Program-made: the position numbers and the translations under genes
Shown here: positions 18,048 to 26,741 of the stretch, piece after piece
Position numbering within the stretch: position 1 is the first letter of the stretch
Layout: every line of letters begins with the position of its first letter
NCBI GenBank assembly: GCA_012839865.1
Contig: DUMO01000069.1
Span: forward strand, 1-33,660
Direction: 5' to 3'
Length of the DNA: 33,660 nucleotides
Origin: Clostridiaceae bacterium
GTDB taxonomy: Bacteria; Bacillota; Clostridia; CAYPLH01; DUMO01
Notes under the pieces: model-generated
What the model was told of the DNA's origin: nothing
Databases searched by the model: none
What the model saw: the letters and a program-made list of their open reading frames with translations, nothing else

Positions 18048-18185
18048 CTACTCCTTCGCGCCTTCTTCCACCATAAATCCCCATTGCACTCCGAACTTAT
18101 CAATAAATTGGACATTCAGCAGGCTGTACGGCAGGGTTTCCAAAGGATCTACCGTAATGCTTCCTTCTTTCATTATTTCATAGCA
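18048..18185 (-). pseudogene. C-terminal remnant of a VOC/PhnB-like protein
   Basis: Hand translation CYEIMKEGSITVDPLETLPYSLLNVQFIDKFGVQWGFMVEEGAKE*; matches the PhnB-type end L.EG....PL...P.S......DKFGV.W. Confidence 0.65.
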
Positions 18186-18281
18186 GGAAAGGAAATCAAT
18201 ATGCGATAAATACTTAACAGTAAATAAATGATATAATATTATTGTTGCTAATAATTTGAAAGCTGAAAGGAGTTGCTGCAG

Positions 18282-18800
18282 ATGTCATTCATAGATCTTG
18301 CCAGGAAGAGATATTCAGTAAGAAACTATAAAGATAAACCTGTTGAAAAGGAGAAGATTCTACAGGTGATTGAGGCAGCCCGGTATTCCCCGTCAGCTGT
18401 CAATTACCAGCCCCGTCACTTTATCGTTGTCACAACCGAGGAGATGAAAAACAGGATTTCAGAAACCTATCCTAGAGACTGGTTCAGAAAAGCACCGGCC
18501 ATAATCGTTGTGTGCGGAGACCATTCCACCTCCTGGAAGAGGAAGGATGGCAAGGATCATTGTGATATTGACGCGGCTATTGCAATAGATCATTTGACCC
18601 TTGCTGCCGCTGATATTGGTCTTGGAACATGCTGGGTATGCGCCTTTGATGCGGCAAAATGCCATCAGGTTCTGGGTCTGCCGGATCACCTTGAAGTTGT
18701 AGCATTGCTGCCCATAGGCTATACTGCTGATGACGAAATCCCGCAGAAGAAAAGGAAAAGTCTGGATGAGATTGTCAGTTGGGAAGGGTATGCAAAATAA
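18282..18800 (+). CDS. Nitroreductase family protein
   Basis: RYSVRNY, AARYSPSAVNYQP, AADIGLGTCWV, LPIGY; ATG 9 nt after AAAGGAG. Confidence 0.92.
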   Translation: MSFIDLARKRYSVRNYKDKPVEKEKILQVIEAARYSPSAVNYQPRHFIVVTTEEMKNRISETYPRDWFRKAPAIIVVCGDHSTSWKRKDGKDHCDIDAAIAIDHLTLAAADIGLGTCWVCAFDAAKCHQVLGLPDHLEVVALLPIGYTADDEIPQKKRKSLDEIVSWEGYAK

Positions 18801-18894
18801 GGAAGACACCATTAATATGTTATAAAGTACATGCTTTTAATAATTAAAGCAAAAAACGAAGCAGAAATCCAAAATAAAAAACGGAGTGTATACA

Positions 18895-19848
18895 ATGAAT
18901 AAAAACATACTTGTTCTTTTGCCAGTTGACGAAAAACACAGAAAAATTCTGGAGGAAAAAGCTCCATCCGCAAATTTTACTTATTTTAAGAAAGACCAGC
19001 TTGACACAGTGCAGATTCAGAATGCAGATATTATTATCGGAAATCCCCCCGTGCACATGCTTAGGGATGTAAAAAACCTTGAATGGCTGCAACTCCAGAG
19101 TGCAGGCGCAGGTGAATATACCGCCAGGGGGGTGCTTCCTGACAATGTGGTGCTGACCAACGCTTCCGGAGCATATGGCCTTGCAATATCCGAGTATATG
19201 CTTGGAGTTTTGCTTGAACTTTATAAAAAACTCCATCTGTACAGGGATAATCAGGCTGAATCCAAATGGCTGCACAGGGGACCTGTGAAATCAATTTATG
19301 GTTCCACGGTGCTTATTCTTGGAGCAGGAGATATCGGAGGCGAATTTGCCCGGCGGGTAAAAGCCCTCGGTGCGTACACAATAGGTATAAGACGCAAAGA
19401 TACCAACAAGCCAGAGTATCTGGACGAGCTATATCTTATGGATAAGCTGGAAGAGCTGCTGCCCAGGGCGGATATTGTCACAATGAGTCTGCCGGGAACC
19501 GATCAGACATACAAAATAATCAACCGGGACACATTGAAGCTGATGAAGCGGGATGCAGTGCTGATTAATGTCGGACGGGGAAATGCAATTGATACGGATG
19601 CCCTGTGTGATGCTCTGGAGAGCGGGCATCTGCTCGGTGCCGCCCTTGATGTGACTGATCCTGAACCTTTGCCGGAAGACCACAGGCTGTGGAAAATCAA
19701 AAATGCAGTCATTACGCCCCATGTCTCAGGCGGTTTCAGCCTGCAGGAAACTTATGAGCGTATAGTAAGGATATGCGCAGACAACCTTGAAGCCTTCATG
19801 AACGGCAGAAGCCTTAAAAATGTGGTAGACCGTACCGCAGGGTATTGA
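18895..19848 (+). CDS. D-2-hydroxyacid dehydrogenase family protein
   Basis: SAGA, TNASG, GAGDIG Rossmann motif, INVGRG, ALDVTDPEPLP, ITPHVSG. Confidence 0.92.
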   Translation: MNKNILVLLPVDEKHRKILEEKAPSANFTYFKKDQLDTVQIQNADIIIGNPPVHMLRDVKNLEWLQLQSAGAGEYTARGVLPDNVVLTNASGAYGLAISEYMLGVLLELYKKLHLYRDNQAESKWLHRGPVKSIYGSTVLILGAGDIGGEFARRVKALGAYTIGIRRKDTNKPEYLDELYLMDKLEELLPRADIVTMSLPGTDQTYKIINRDTLKLMKRDAVLINVGRGNAIDTDALCDALESGHLLGAALDVTDPEPLPEDHRLWKIKNAVITPHVSGGFSLQETYERIVRICADNLEAFMNGRSLKNVVDRTAGY

Positions 19849-19874
19849 TGAGACATTGATGAGGTATTGATGCA
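19842..19874 (+). repeat. 3 x 11-bp imperfect tandem repeat overlapping the stop codon
   Basis: GTATTGATGAG / ACATTGATGAG / GTATTGATGCA. Confidence 0.6.
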
Positions 19875-20166
19875 AGTCATCATAAACCGTGGATTTTGTA
19901 CTTATTGCTGTAAAATACCAGAACCTTGCTTTTCCTTCGGCTTTTTGCAAAGTTAAAGTAAAAGCAGGGTTCATGAATTTAGCAGCTTTTTGATAGAATG
20001 AACTCATGTAGAGCATCTCAGTTCAAACACGTCTGAATAAGAAGTTAAGGATTTACAGGCACTTTATATCAATTGGCACCAAAAATAAATCCAAACATAC
20101 AAAATTAAATATTTGTAACCTAAAGTAGTGATACTATTTATGAAAAACGAAAAAGGAGGTAGGAAA

Positions 20167-22101
20167 ATGGATTATTCAAAGCTGTTTACCCCATTCAAAA
20201 TCGGCAAGATGGAAGTGAAAAACAGGATAGTAATGTCTCCCATGGGGCTCAATGCTGCACATCCTGACGGAAGAATTGATGATGATGAAATTCATTATTT
20301 TGAAGAGCGTGCCCGGGGCGGTGTCGGACTTATTATCATGGGCTGTCAATTCTTAACCGAAGAGCTTGCGCAAGGTTCCCTTGAAGGCTACCTTGACAGG
20401 ACACATGTAATTCCTCAGCTGACTAATCTTTGTGAAGCAGTTCAAAAATATGGCACAAAGATTTCCGCCCAGTTAAGTTGCGGAACCGGAAAGAACGCAT
20501 TCAGCAATATGCTGGATGATGTTCCGGTATCAGCTTCGCCCATCCCGTCAATGTTTAATCCTGATTTATTGTGTCGTGCTTTAACAGTCGAAGAAATACA
20601 AGAAATTATGAAGCAATTTTATTTCTCCGCAAAATTGCTGAAGGATGCAGGATTTGATGCTATTGAAGTTCACGCCCATGCCGGATATTTAGTGGATCAA
20701 TTCATGTCTGCCGTATGGAACAAAAGAACCGACGAATATGGCGGCACTCCGGAAAAGCGGATGAGATTTGCCATTGAGATAGTTCAATCGATACGAAAAG
20801 CAGTCGGTCCAGACTTCCCCATTTTATTCAGGATTGCATGCAAGCATCATTTTGAAGGCGGACGCACTATTGAGGAAACGGTTCCATTGCTTAAAATGCT
20901 TGAGGATGCCGGAGTTGATGCCCTTGATATTGACAGCGGAAGCTATGAAAACATCGAATATATTTTCCCGCCGGCATATTTGGGGGATGCATGCATGGAA
21001 GATGTCTGTGAACCTGTCCGGAAAGCAGTAAGTATTCCGATACTGAACTCAGGCAATCACACACCGGAAACAGCAGTAAGGCTTATAGAATCAGGAAATG
21101 CCGATTTTGTAATGTTCGGGCGGCCTCTGATAGCAGACCCTGAAATTCCCAAAAAGCTTCTTAAAGGAAAAAGAAATGAAATACGCCCATGCATACGCTG
21201 CAACGATGACTGTATAGGCAGAATAATAAACAGGCTCACCAAAATAAGTTGTTCAGTAAATCCAAGGGCAGGATTTGAAGGACGTATGAACGAAATTAAA
21301 GCTCCCGAAAGTAAAAAAGTGGTTGTAATCGGGGGAGGCCCGGGAGGAATGGAAGCAGCACGAAGCGCAGCTATCGCAGGCCACAAAGTGATACTGTTTG
21401 AAAAGGGCAATGCTCTGGGCGGTCAGCTAAAAAGCGCTGCAACTCCTGACTTTAAGTCTCAGCTGCGGGAATTGGTTGAATGGTATAAGCATCAGATGGA
21501 AATTCATAATGTGGATGTAAGACTAAATACAGAGGTAACGGAAGATTCTCCTGAGCTTGCGGAAGCTGATGCAATCATAGTGGCTTCCGGTGCCACACCC
21601 CTGATGCCGGGAATAAAAGGCATAGAAAACGCTGTTGATATAATTTCTGCTCACACAAATCCGGACAAGCTTAAGGGAGAAAAAATAATTTACTGCGGTG
21701 GAGGTTTATCAGCTTGTGACAGCGCTCTGGAAACCGCAATGAAAGGAAAGAAAGTGGCTATCATAGAGATGCTGGACGAAGTTGCCATTGAAGATCATTT
21801 TATTAATAAAGCAGCTCTCATTCCAATGCTGAAACAACATGGTGTTGAGATATATACAGGACATAAAGTAGTTGAAATAGCACCTAACGGCGTCAAAGCT
21901 TCAACAAAAGACGGCAAGGAAGTATTCATTGAAGGGGATACCATTGTTGCAGCCCTTGGAATGAAGCCTGACAATGCAATTGCTGAAAAAATAGCTTCGA
22001 AGTACCACATTAAGACCCGTATAATCGGCGACTGCAGAAAGGTTGGAAAAGTAGGCAACGCTGTTCGGGAAGGCTTCTATGCAGGCCGGTATATAGAATA
22101 A
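20167..22101 (+). CDS. NADH:flavin oxidoreductase (OYE TIM barrel + 4Fe-4S + FAD domain; enoate/2,4-dienoyl-CoA reductase, BaiCD/H-like family)
   Basis: KNRIVMSPM, RARGGVGLI, EVHAHAGYLVDQF, NKRTDEYGG, C-x2-C-x3-C-x12-C, GGGPGGMEAA; AAAGGAGG RBS. Confidence 0.92.
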   Translation: MDYSKLFTPFKIGKMEVKNRIVMSPMGLNAAHPDGRIDDDEIHYFEERARGGVGLIIMGCQFLTEELAQGSLEGYLDRTHVIPQLTNLCEAVQKYGTKISAQLSCGTGKNAFSNMLDDVPVSASPIPSMFNPDLLCRALTVEEIQEIMKQFYFSAKLLKDAGFDAIEVHAHAGYLVDQFMSAVWNKRTDEYGGTPEKRMRFAIEIVQSIRKAVGPDFPILFRIACKHHFEGGRTIEETVPLLKMLEDAGVDALDIDSGSYENIEYIFPPAYLGDACMEDVCEPVRKAVSIPILNSGNHTPETAVRLIESGNADFVMFGRPLIADPEIPKKLLKGKRNEIRPCIRCNDDCIGRIINRLTKISCSVNPRAGFEGRMNEIKAPESKKVVVIGGGPGGMEAARSAAIAGHKVILFEKGNALGGQLKSAATPDFKSQLRELVEWYKHQMEIHNVDVRLNTEVTEDSPELAEADAIIVASGATPLMPGIKGIENAVDIISAHTNPDKLKGEKIIYCGGGLSACDSALETAMKGKKVAIIEMLDEVAIEDHFINKAALIPMLKQHGVEIYTGHKVVEIAPNGVKASTKDGKEVFIEGDTIVAALGMKPDNAIAEKIASKYHIKTRIIGDCRKVGKVGNAVREGFYAGRYIE

Positions 22102-22109
22102 TTATTACA

Positions 22110-22147
22110 TGACGTACTCCCGCGGTCTAAGCGTCGGGAGTACGTCA
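22110..22147. repeat. 13-bp perfect GC-rich inverted repeat without a U-tract
   Basis: TGACGTACTCCCG-cggtctaagcgt-CGGGAGTACGTCA. Confidence 0.7.
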
Positions 22148-22168
22148 CTTATGCAATAAATATAGAAT

Positions 22169-22223
22169 AAAAAACCTGCAAAAGGGGATTCCAGCTTTTT
22201 CAGGAAACGTTCCCCTTTGCAGG
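22169..22223 (-). terminator. Intrinsic terminator for the minus-strand sugar locus
   Basis: CCTGCAAAAGGGGA / TCCCCTTTGCAGG stem followed by a T-tract on the minus strand. Confidence 0.6.
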
Positions 22224-22250
22224 CAGAGTATAAAACGGTCAAGTGTGATG

Positions 22251-23402
22251 TTATTCAAGCTTTCCAAACATAATCCGTTCCTTGCGGCTTGCTGATGTAT
22301 CACCCTGGGTAACGGCAAGATATATTGTTCCCTTGTACTGCAAAAACTTTGGGTATTGAAATGACTTGACTGTTTCAAATCTGTATTTGCGTTCCCAATT
22401 AATACAGTCAGTTGAAATATCTATATTGAATATCGAACGGCGTATTCCGTCTAATCTTTCTGCATCCTGCCATCCAAGATAATAGATGCTGTTAAACTTG
22501 TCAAAGTTTGGCTTTGAATTATCACCATTGTAAACAGGATTACGATATTCATGGGCTGACCATTCCCTGCCGTTCTTGCTGCAAGAAAATGCATAATTCA
22601 AATTACCGTTTTCCTGTCTTGAAATTGCAAGCCAGCTTCCATCTGGCAGACGGTTAATTGAAGATTCGGTCAGTTTCATCTCATAAGGTTCGTTATAATG
22701 GCCTATTACTTCAAATGTATCTATATCTTCATTAAGAATAGCAAGTGCATTCTGCCCGATTTTAAAATTGTTCAAAACTGCATATACCTTATTATCAAAC
22801 TCTCTAAATGAGTCAACAATATACATACCGTAATCAAATTGTATTCCTTTAAAACCCTGTGATACAGCATCCATGTATAAATACCGGGGCTGCATATCAA
22901 ATGTTCCAAGGGATATTTTTAGTTTTGCTTTATAAATGTTATAAATAAAATCATTTTCATCCAAATCAAAATCAATATACCAGGTTTGAGACTCACGAAC
23001 CCCTGGATTTTCGCTTGCAAAGAAACAGCGAAGTGTTTTGTCATTTTTCTGTATAATGCGTGGAACAAAGCACGCACCTGCCGGTAATTTTGCATTCCTG
23101 AAATCCATCTCAGAGGATGCAAATCTAATGACCTTTTCGACAGCGTTAGTATTCAGATTCACAATTGACATAACACAATATATAAAAGGCCATGTGGGAT
23201 TTTCACCCGGTTGAATATCATTAGCCTCATACACTATATATGCCCTGTCATTAACTATTACAAAATCAGCATCATGGGCTCCCTTTACAGATGGTTCGCA
23301 AACATTGATCAATCCTTCCAATATATTTGCAGCTGCCTGTTTCGGATCCCAGCAAGCACTCAGCAAGTGTTTATTCGAAGACACCGGACTTGCAATATCC
23401 AT
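22251..23402 (-). CDS. Asp-box (BNR) beta-propeller protein, sialidase-like putative glycoside hydrolase
   Basis: Asp-box-like SCSKNGREW and STDCINW, beta-strand-rich repeats, GGAGG RBS, downstream of a sugar ABC binding protein; no signal peptide. Confidence 0.6.
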   Translation of the reverse strand: MDIASPVSSNKHLLSACWDPKQAAANILEGLINVCEPSVKGAHDADFVIVNDRAYIVYEANDIQPGENPTWPFIYCVMSIVNLNTNAVEKVIRFASSEMDFRNAKLPAGACFVPRIIQKNDKTLRCFFASENPGVRESQTWYIDFDLDENDFIYNIYKAKLKISLGTFDMQPRYLYMDAVSQGFKGIQFDYGMYIVDSFREFDNKVYAVLNNFKIGQNALAILNEDIDTFEVIGHYNEPYEMKLTESSINRLPDGSWLAISRQENGNLNYAFSCSKNGREWSAHEYRNPVYNGDNSKPNFDKFNSIYYLGWQDAERLDGIRRSIFNIDISTDCINWERKYRFETVKSFQYPKFLQYKGTIYLAVTQGDTSASRKERIMFGKLE

Positions 23403-23428
23403 TATAACACCTCCGCTAAACTAATTTA

Positions 23429-23464
23429 TTGAGAAAATGGCACTTTAAAGCGCCATTTTCTCAA
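23429..23464. repeat. 36-bp near-perfect palindrome just upstream of the RBS of 22251-23402
   Basis: TTGAGAAAATGGCACTTTAAAGCGCCATTTTCTCAA, a single non-Watson-Crick pair. Confidence 0.8.
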
Positions 23465-23598
23465 AGATACATATATAGCTAATCCATATTTACAATTTCT
23501 TATGGTCATTTACTCATGACAGACAATGATGTTAACATGGATTTTCAGTTTGACCAAAGTATTTCTCATTTAGTCTTACAACCTGTTTCTTGCAACTG

Positions 23599-25275
23599 TT
23601 AGTTGCTATTCCAGCGTTCATAAGCATCTGTATAAACTTTTATCAATTTATCCAGTCCACGATCTTTACACCCTTTTACAAAATTATCAAACTCATTTAT
23701 TGATACCTCACCTGTAATGAATTTGGCTGTCATTTGACTGATATAGGATTTCACATCTGTTTCAGCTACTGATATTTCGTCTAATTCTTCAACAGTAAGC
23801 ATTACATCCGGATAAGCAGTTTTGTAATAAGGGAGATAATTATTACGTACATGTTCAGAATATTTTGCCTGCCCTGGGTCTACGACCTCCATATACTGGG
23901 TAGAAGGATACGGTGGGTCAAAATTTACAAAGGGCAGCACCATCGGAGTAATAGTCAAATTGCGGAAATCATTGAAATTTTTATAACCTTCTGGTATTAT
24001 AAGTTCAACGGCTTTTTCGCCATTATCTAACTGGGTCCATTGCCAGCCGCCTTCGCCGCCTTCCCATTTTCCATTTTCAACTCCGGCTCTCATGGTAAGA
24101 GTTCCTTCCTGGGTATACACCCAGTTCATAAAAGCTACAAGTGCCTCGGGCTTTTTACATTTTGAAGTGATAACCAATGCATTATTTAGTTTACCATCAT
24201 TTGATGGCCAAATTTGTTTGTCGTTCACTTCACTGGTAAGAGGTGGTATTGCATCAAACTGTTTATGTATCTCCGGATCTGTAATAAACGTATAGAAAAC
24301 TTCACTGAAAGCACCATACAGGTTCATGGCACCTTTTGCCTTGTATTGGTCATCCGATTGCGAAAAACACTCCTTATCAATCAATCCTTCACTGTAAAGT
24401 TTATTTAAGTATGCTAAGAAAGACTTGTACCTTATATCAGTTGCACCATAAAAAACATTGCCGTTATCATCAACGTTCTGATATGCGCCAAGCAAGCCAA
24501 ACGGTTGAAGCAGCGCTTTGAATGTTTTATCGTTCACCGCAAACTTCCATGCCTGCGGGATCTCATCATTTTCTCCGTTCCCATTGAGATCATTATTCTT
24601 TATGCCAAGCAGGAACTGATAAAAATCATCTGTCGTCTTTGGTATATCCATATTTAATTTATTGAGCCAGTTCATGTTAATATAACGATGTGTCTCTGTT
24701 CTTCCACGAAAGGTAACTTCTGCTCCAAAAATACCATACATTTTCCCATCGGGAGTTAACATCATTTTTTTGATATTGGGATATTCATTGATCATGGTGA
24801 TAATGTTAGGTGCATATTTTTCTACCATGTCTCCTACATCAATTATAAGTCCCTGACTGCCATAAGTTAGCAGATCAGTTTTAGTTATACCGGTTAAGAA
24901 GCAATCAGGAATATCTCCTGTCGCAAATGCCAAATTCTTCTTTTCGTCCCAGGCTTCTTTATTAACATTAGTAATTTCAAACTTAATATTAAATCTTCTT
25001 TCTATTTCTTTGAAAATCCAGAGGCTATTCCATTCTCCTTCACTTGGTTTTCGTGGTGCCAATACTGTATAAACAGTTTTTTCCTTTAAAATAGGATAGC
25101 CTTCAGCATTCATATAATCAGGAAACCCATTGGGATTCGTATTATCCGTAGCATTGGTTGCAGCTGTTGTTTGTGTGCCGGAAGTTACGTCAGCAGTCTT
25201 GTTCAGCTGACATCCTGATAAAATAGTTGCAATGATTAAAACAGCAACCATAATACTAATATCCAATAAAAACAT
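23599..25275 (-). CDS. Carbohydrate ABC transporter solute-binding lipoprotein (LplA-like); native start apparently deleted
   Basis: Lipobox LSGC, WDEKKNLAFATGDIPD, TPDGKMYG, INMNWLNKLNMDIPKTTDDFY, DLNGNGENDEIP; signal peptide lacks a basic n-region. Confidence 0.85.
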   Translation of the reverse strand: MFLLDISIMVAVLIIATILSGCQLNKTADVTSGTQTTAATNATDNTNPNGFPDYMNAEGYPILKEKTVYTVLAPRKPSEGEWNSLWIFKEIERRFNIKFEITNVNKEAWDEKKNLAFATGDIPDCFLTGITKTDLLTYGSQGLIIDVGDMVEKYAPNIITMINEYPNIKKMMLTPDGKMYGIFGAEVTFRGRTETHRYINMNWLNKLNMDIPKTTDDFYQFLLGIKNNDLNGNGENDEIPQAWKFAVNDKTFKALLQPFGLLGAYQNVDDNGNVFYGATDIRYKSFLAYLNKLYSEGLIDKECFSQSDDQYKAKGAMNLYGAFSEVFYTFITDPEIHKQFDAIPPLTSEVNDKQIWPSNDGKLNNALVITSKCKKPEALVAFMNWVYTQEGTLTMRAGVENGKWEGGEGGWQWTQLDNGEKAVELIIPEGYKNFNDFRNLTITPMVLPFVNFDPPYPSTQYMEVVDPGQAKYSEHVRNNYLPYYKTAYPDVMLTVEELDEISVAETDVKSYISQMTAKFITGEVSINEFDNFVKGCKDRGLDKLIKVYTDAYERWNSN

Positions 25276-25492
25276 ATGGATAACTCAAAATGGATTTGTA
25301 CCCGTTAATATTAAAGCCTTTAGGAATAAACAATACTTGTCCCATACTGACTGCATCCGGGTCGCTGAAAGACGCAATAATAACAAACCAGATTGGGTAA
25401 AAAGCAATGATTAATACTACGAATAATAAAGAGTAATTAACAACATTAAAAATTCTGTCTGAAAAAGCTTCTTTAACTGTATGTCTATCCAT
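25256..25492 (-). pseudogene. 5' stub of a carbohydrate ABC permease (LplC/MalG-like)
   Basis: DRIFNVVNY..YPIWFVIIASFSDP..V.FIPKGF...GY..I; stops at 78 aa with no EAA loop. Confidence 0.85.
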
Positions 25493-25524
25493 AACTGCAT
25501 CCTCCGGTTAAGTACTGATTAACA

Positions 25525-26496
25525 CTAGAAAATCCCTATTTCAGTTACCTTCTTGGAAATATGATTTACGATAACCAGTAAAATAAAATTGATAACTGAA
25601 TTGAAAAGGTCTATGGCTGTAGTAAAAGAATACTTTGCACGCAGCAAGCCAATTTTGTAAACATAAGTTGATATTACCTCAGAAACCTCAAGATTCAGCG
25701 AATTCTGCATAAGATAAATTTTCTCAAATCCAACATTCATAATTTCTCCGGTCCTCAATATCAGAAGTATTACAATCGTCGGAAGAATACTTGGAATATT
25801 GATATGCCAAATACATTTTAACCGGGAAGCTCCATCAATTTTAGCTGCTTCATACATCTGCATATCAATACTGGATAACGCAGACAGATATATTATGGAT
25901 GACCATCCGGCGCTTTTCCAAATACCTGAAAAAATATATATTGTCCTGAAATATTCAGGTTTTTGCATAAATTCAATTGTTTCTCCACCAAGAATTTTTA
26001 TGAACTTATTAACAAATCCGTATGTTGGAGAAAGACATTCAATAATCATGCCTACAAGCACTACTGTTGAAATAAAATGAGGAATATATGTCACATTCTG
26101 CACCAACTTTTTATACCCGGTATGATTTACTTCATTAAGCATTAAAGCCAGTATAATTGGAACAGGGAACCCCCATAAAAGGTTATAAACATTAATCAGT
26201 ACAGTGTTTCTTATCATTGTCCAAAACACAGGCATTGTAAATATCTCTCTGAAATTTTTCAACCCAACCCAGGGACTCCCTGTAATTCCATTAACAGCAG
26301 TATAGTTACGGAAGGCAATTTGAACTCCATACATAGGCAAATATTTTATTAGAATGAAGTATAATGTCGCAGGCAATAGCAGGACATACAATTGCCAACT
26401 TTGAAAGATGGATTTGCTAAGTTTTTTCAGAATATTGTTTTTCTTGTGCTGAGTTTTTTGAATGCCTTTTCTGTTTGCTAATTTAACAATAGTCAT
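25525..26496 (-). CDS. Carbohydrate ABC transporter permease (LplB-like)
   Basis: WQLYVLLLP, YLPMYGVQIAF, YIPHFISTVV, EAA loop MYEAAKIDGASRLKCIWHINIP. Confidence 0.93.
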   Translation of the reverse strand: MTIVKLANRKGIQKTQHKKNNILKKLSKSIFQSWQLYVLLLPATLYFILIKYLPMYGVQIAFRNYTAVNGITGSPWVGLKNFREIFTMPVFWTMIRNTVLINVYNLLWGFPVPIILALMLNEVNHTGYKKLVQNVTYIPHFISTVVLVGMIIECLSPTYGFVNKFIKILGGETIEFMQKPEYFRTIYIFSGIWKSAGWSSIIYLSALSSIDMQMYEAAKIDGASRLKCIWHINIPSILPTIVILLILRTGEIMNVGFEKIYLMQNSLNLEVSEVISTYVYKIGLLRAKYSFTTAIDLFNSVINFILLVIVNHISKKVTEIGIF

Positions 26497-26624
26497 TTAA
26501 TTACCCAACTCCAATTTAATCATTTATGTACAGCAACATCGCAGATACATTTATATTACAACATGACAATAAACTCAATTTGCAGTTATTAAACTGTATT
26601 GTGCAAAAATTTCAAGCATTGAAT

Positions 26625-26670
26625 AATAAAAAAACCTGAACAATGCATGAAATAAGCATCACTCAGGTTT
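26625..26670 (-). terminator. Intrinsic terminator after the AraC gene
   Basis: AAACCTGAGTGATGC / GCATTGTTCAGGTTT stem followed by a T-run on the minus strand. Confidence 0.6.
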
Positions 26671-26741
26671 GCAGAAATTTATCATTCAATTATGGAAAAA
26701 AACGCACATTACAATAGGTGATTTATAATTAGAAGTTTTAA

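Noticed and set aside
19726..20016. 96-aa minus-strand ORF in the dehydrogenase-OYE gap
   Set aside because: No RBS, no family motif, and it overlaps the dehydrogenase 3' end
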